DNA of 17,573 nt, from positions 1-17,573 of the forward strand of contig CAVZKL010000002.1 in NCBI GenBank assembly GCA_963775895.1, given 5' to 3'. The position numbers and the translations under genes were made by a program. This DNA is from Candidatus Bathyarchaeota archaeon. GTDB taxonomy: Archaea; Thermoproteota; Bathyarchaeia; Bathyarchaeales; Bathycorpusculaceae. Below the pieces are notes generated by a model. That model saw only the letters and a program-made list of their open reading frames with translations, searched no databases and was not told the DNA's origin. The number at the start of each line of letters is the position of its first letter. Position 1 is the first letter of the stretch. Positions 16,004 through 17,573 of the stretch are shown one piece after another.

Positions 16004-17573
16004 GTGCATAGAAGGGCTGTTTCCAGAATAATTCTGGCGTTGTTGTTGGCTTATCTGTTTACTTTGCCATTTCAGATTCAGCTTGGCAGAGCAGAGCCAA
16101 ATTTGAATCGATCACGTCTGCCCATCGCCAACGAAGTCCACCTTCCTGTTCCATTCTACTATCAAGAAAAGGACTACTACTGCGGTCCAGTTGCTCTCGA
16201 AATGGTGTTCAATTTCTATGGCGAAAACATATCACAATCTGAGATAGCGTGCGTTGCAAGAAGCATCGGCGACCCCCTGTACGTGACCTACACTGACGAG
16301 CTGAGGAGGGCAGGACACTTCAGCAATATCAGCACTTCAATGGGCGATGAGCTTCCAGCCAACATTTCGGGATACACTCTACGAAAACTGGGCTACGCGG
16401 CGTCTGAAGCGCAAGGCATGGACCTGACAAAACTTAAGAACCTTCTGGACCAAGGCAAGCCACTTGTATTGCTGATGTGGTACAGTAGTTATCACGTTTC
16501 AACTCATTATCGTGTAGTAACCGGCTACAATGACACCCACATTTTTCTGCATGACCCGTGGAATAAACCTCTATGGGGCGGAACATACGGTGGTCCCAAC
16601 ATAGCCTTCAACAACAGCCAGTTCACGGACCTTTGGTCATACTTCAACTATTGGGCTCTCTACGTTTCTCCATGGATGATAAACCTCTCCACACCAGCCT
16701 ACGTTCCTCCCGGAACGCCATTTCAAGTAGAGTCGACGATCACGTATCCCCAAACACTACCGAACGCCTTTTTCACCTATCCCGCCTCTTCATGCAACGC
16801 ATCGATAACCTTTCCTGCTAACCTAAGTCTTGCTCAGGGCGAAAGCCAAAAGAAAACAGTGGGTGCGGGTTTCCTACAAGAAGGAAACAGTTCCAGTTTG
16901 AGCTGGACGTTGGTTGCCAACTCTTCGGTAACTGGAACGATTAGCATAACCACTGAAGGACTGATTTCAGGGTCAGTAGCAGCCAGTCCGAACTATACTG
17001 CTTACAATTACGACGACAGGATAGGTGCAACAGTGAACTTCACCATATATCTGCCTTCGGCATTGCATGACGTAGCCGTGACGAATGCTATTCCTTCCAA
17101 AACTATCGTCGGTCAAGCCTACTGCCTGAACGTAAGCGTCACAATAGCAGACCTGGGAAGCTACGCGGAAGACTTCAACGTAACCGTCTTCGCTAACGAC
17201 ACTGCCATACAGACAAAAAACATAACTCTCACAAACGGAGTTTCAACAAACATCACCCTCGTCTCGAATACCACTGGTCTCGTCTTTGGCAATTACACAG
17301 TGAGTGTCCGTGCAACAGCAGTTCCAGGCGAAACGAACACGGCAAACAACAATTTCACTTGCCCTATTCCAGTTCACGTGGGTGTTCCAGGCGACGTGTC
17401 CAGCACAACTGTTGGAACGTACGACGGAATAACCAATATGAAAGATGTCGCCTACATGATTGCGTTATTCAACGCCAAGCCAAGCTCACCCAACTGGAAC
17501 CCTAATGCGGACGTGAACAACGATGGCATCGTCAACATGAGAGACATCGCCATAGGCATTGCCTACTTCAACA
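16004..17573 (+). CDS. Secreted C39-like cysteine peptidase + CARDB/Ig-like + dockerin (partial, runs off the window; not in the ORF track)
   Basis: Hand translation from GTG 16004 is open to the end: signal peptide, VPFYYQEKDYYCGP...HYRVVTGY...LHDPW, HDVAVT (CARDB-like), PGDV...WNPNADVNNDGIVNMRD. Confidence 0.88.
   Translation, partial: MHRRAVSRIILALLLAYLFTLPFQIQLGRAEPNLNRSRLPIANEVHLPVPFYYQEKDYYCGPVALEMVFNFYGENISQSEIACVARSIGDPLYVTYTDELRRAGHFSNISTSMGDELPANISGYTLRKLGYAASEAQGMDLTKLKNLLDQGKPLVLLMWYSSYHVSTHYRVVTGYNDTHIFLHDPWNKPLWGGTYGGPNIAFNNSQFTDLWSYFNYWALYVSPWMINLSTPAYVPPGTPFQVESTITYPQTLPNAFFTYPASSCNASITFPANLSLAQGESQKKTVGAGFLQEGNSSSLSWTLVANSSVTGTISITTEGLISGSVAASPNYTAYNYDDRIGATVNFTIYLPSALHDVAVTNAIPSKTIVGQAYCLNVSVTIADLGSYAEDFNVTVFANDTAIQTKNITLTNGVSTNITLVSNTTGLVFGNYTVSVRATAVPGETNTANNNFTCPIPVHVGVPGDVSSTTVGTYDGITNMKDVAYMIALFNAKPSSPNWNPNADVNNDGIVNMRDIAIGIAYFN

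Overview
Archaeal chromosomal window, most likely Bathyarchaeia (inferred from TATA/BRE promoters, GGTGA-type SD sites, a CCA-less tRNA, CARDB/dockerin surface proteins and a membrane-anchored wHTH regulator). It holds tRNA-Pro(CGG), a GNAT acetyltransferase, two alkylation-repair genes (mpg and an ATL/MGMT-family gene), several Cys/metal-binding proteins, pyrI and pyrB, a radical SAM enzyme and two dockerin proteins. No integrase, transposase or CRISPR array was seen. Four signals stand out. (1) An ArsR-HTH + ATP-cone + class III ribonucleotide reductase (NrdD) fold gene beside pyrB that lacks the catalytic Cys and glycyl-radical motif and is split by a 1-nt frame change; it is a candidate nucleotide-sensing pseudo-enzyme transcription factor. 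(2) An ~80-bp promoter/palindrome/leader cassette present twice, 8.5 kb apart. (3) A sharp G+T-rich to A+C-rich strand-skew flip at ~13,030 that is independent of gene direction. (4) Five GCGCGCGC octamers, all outside confidently coding DNA.
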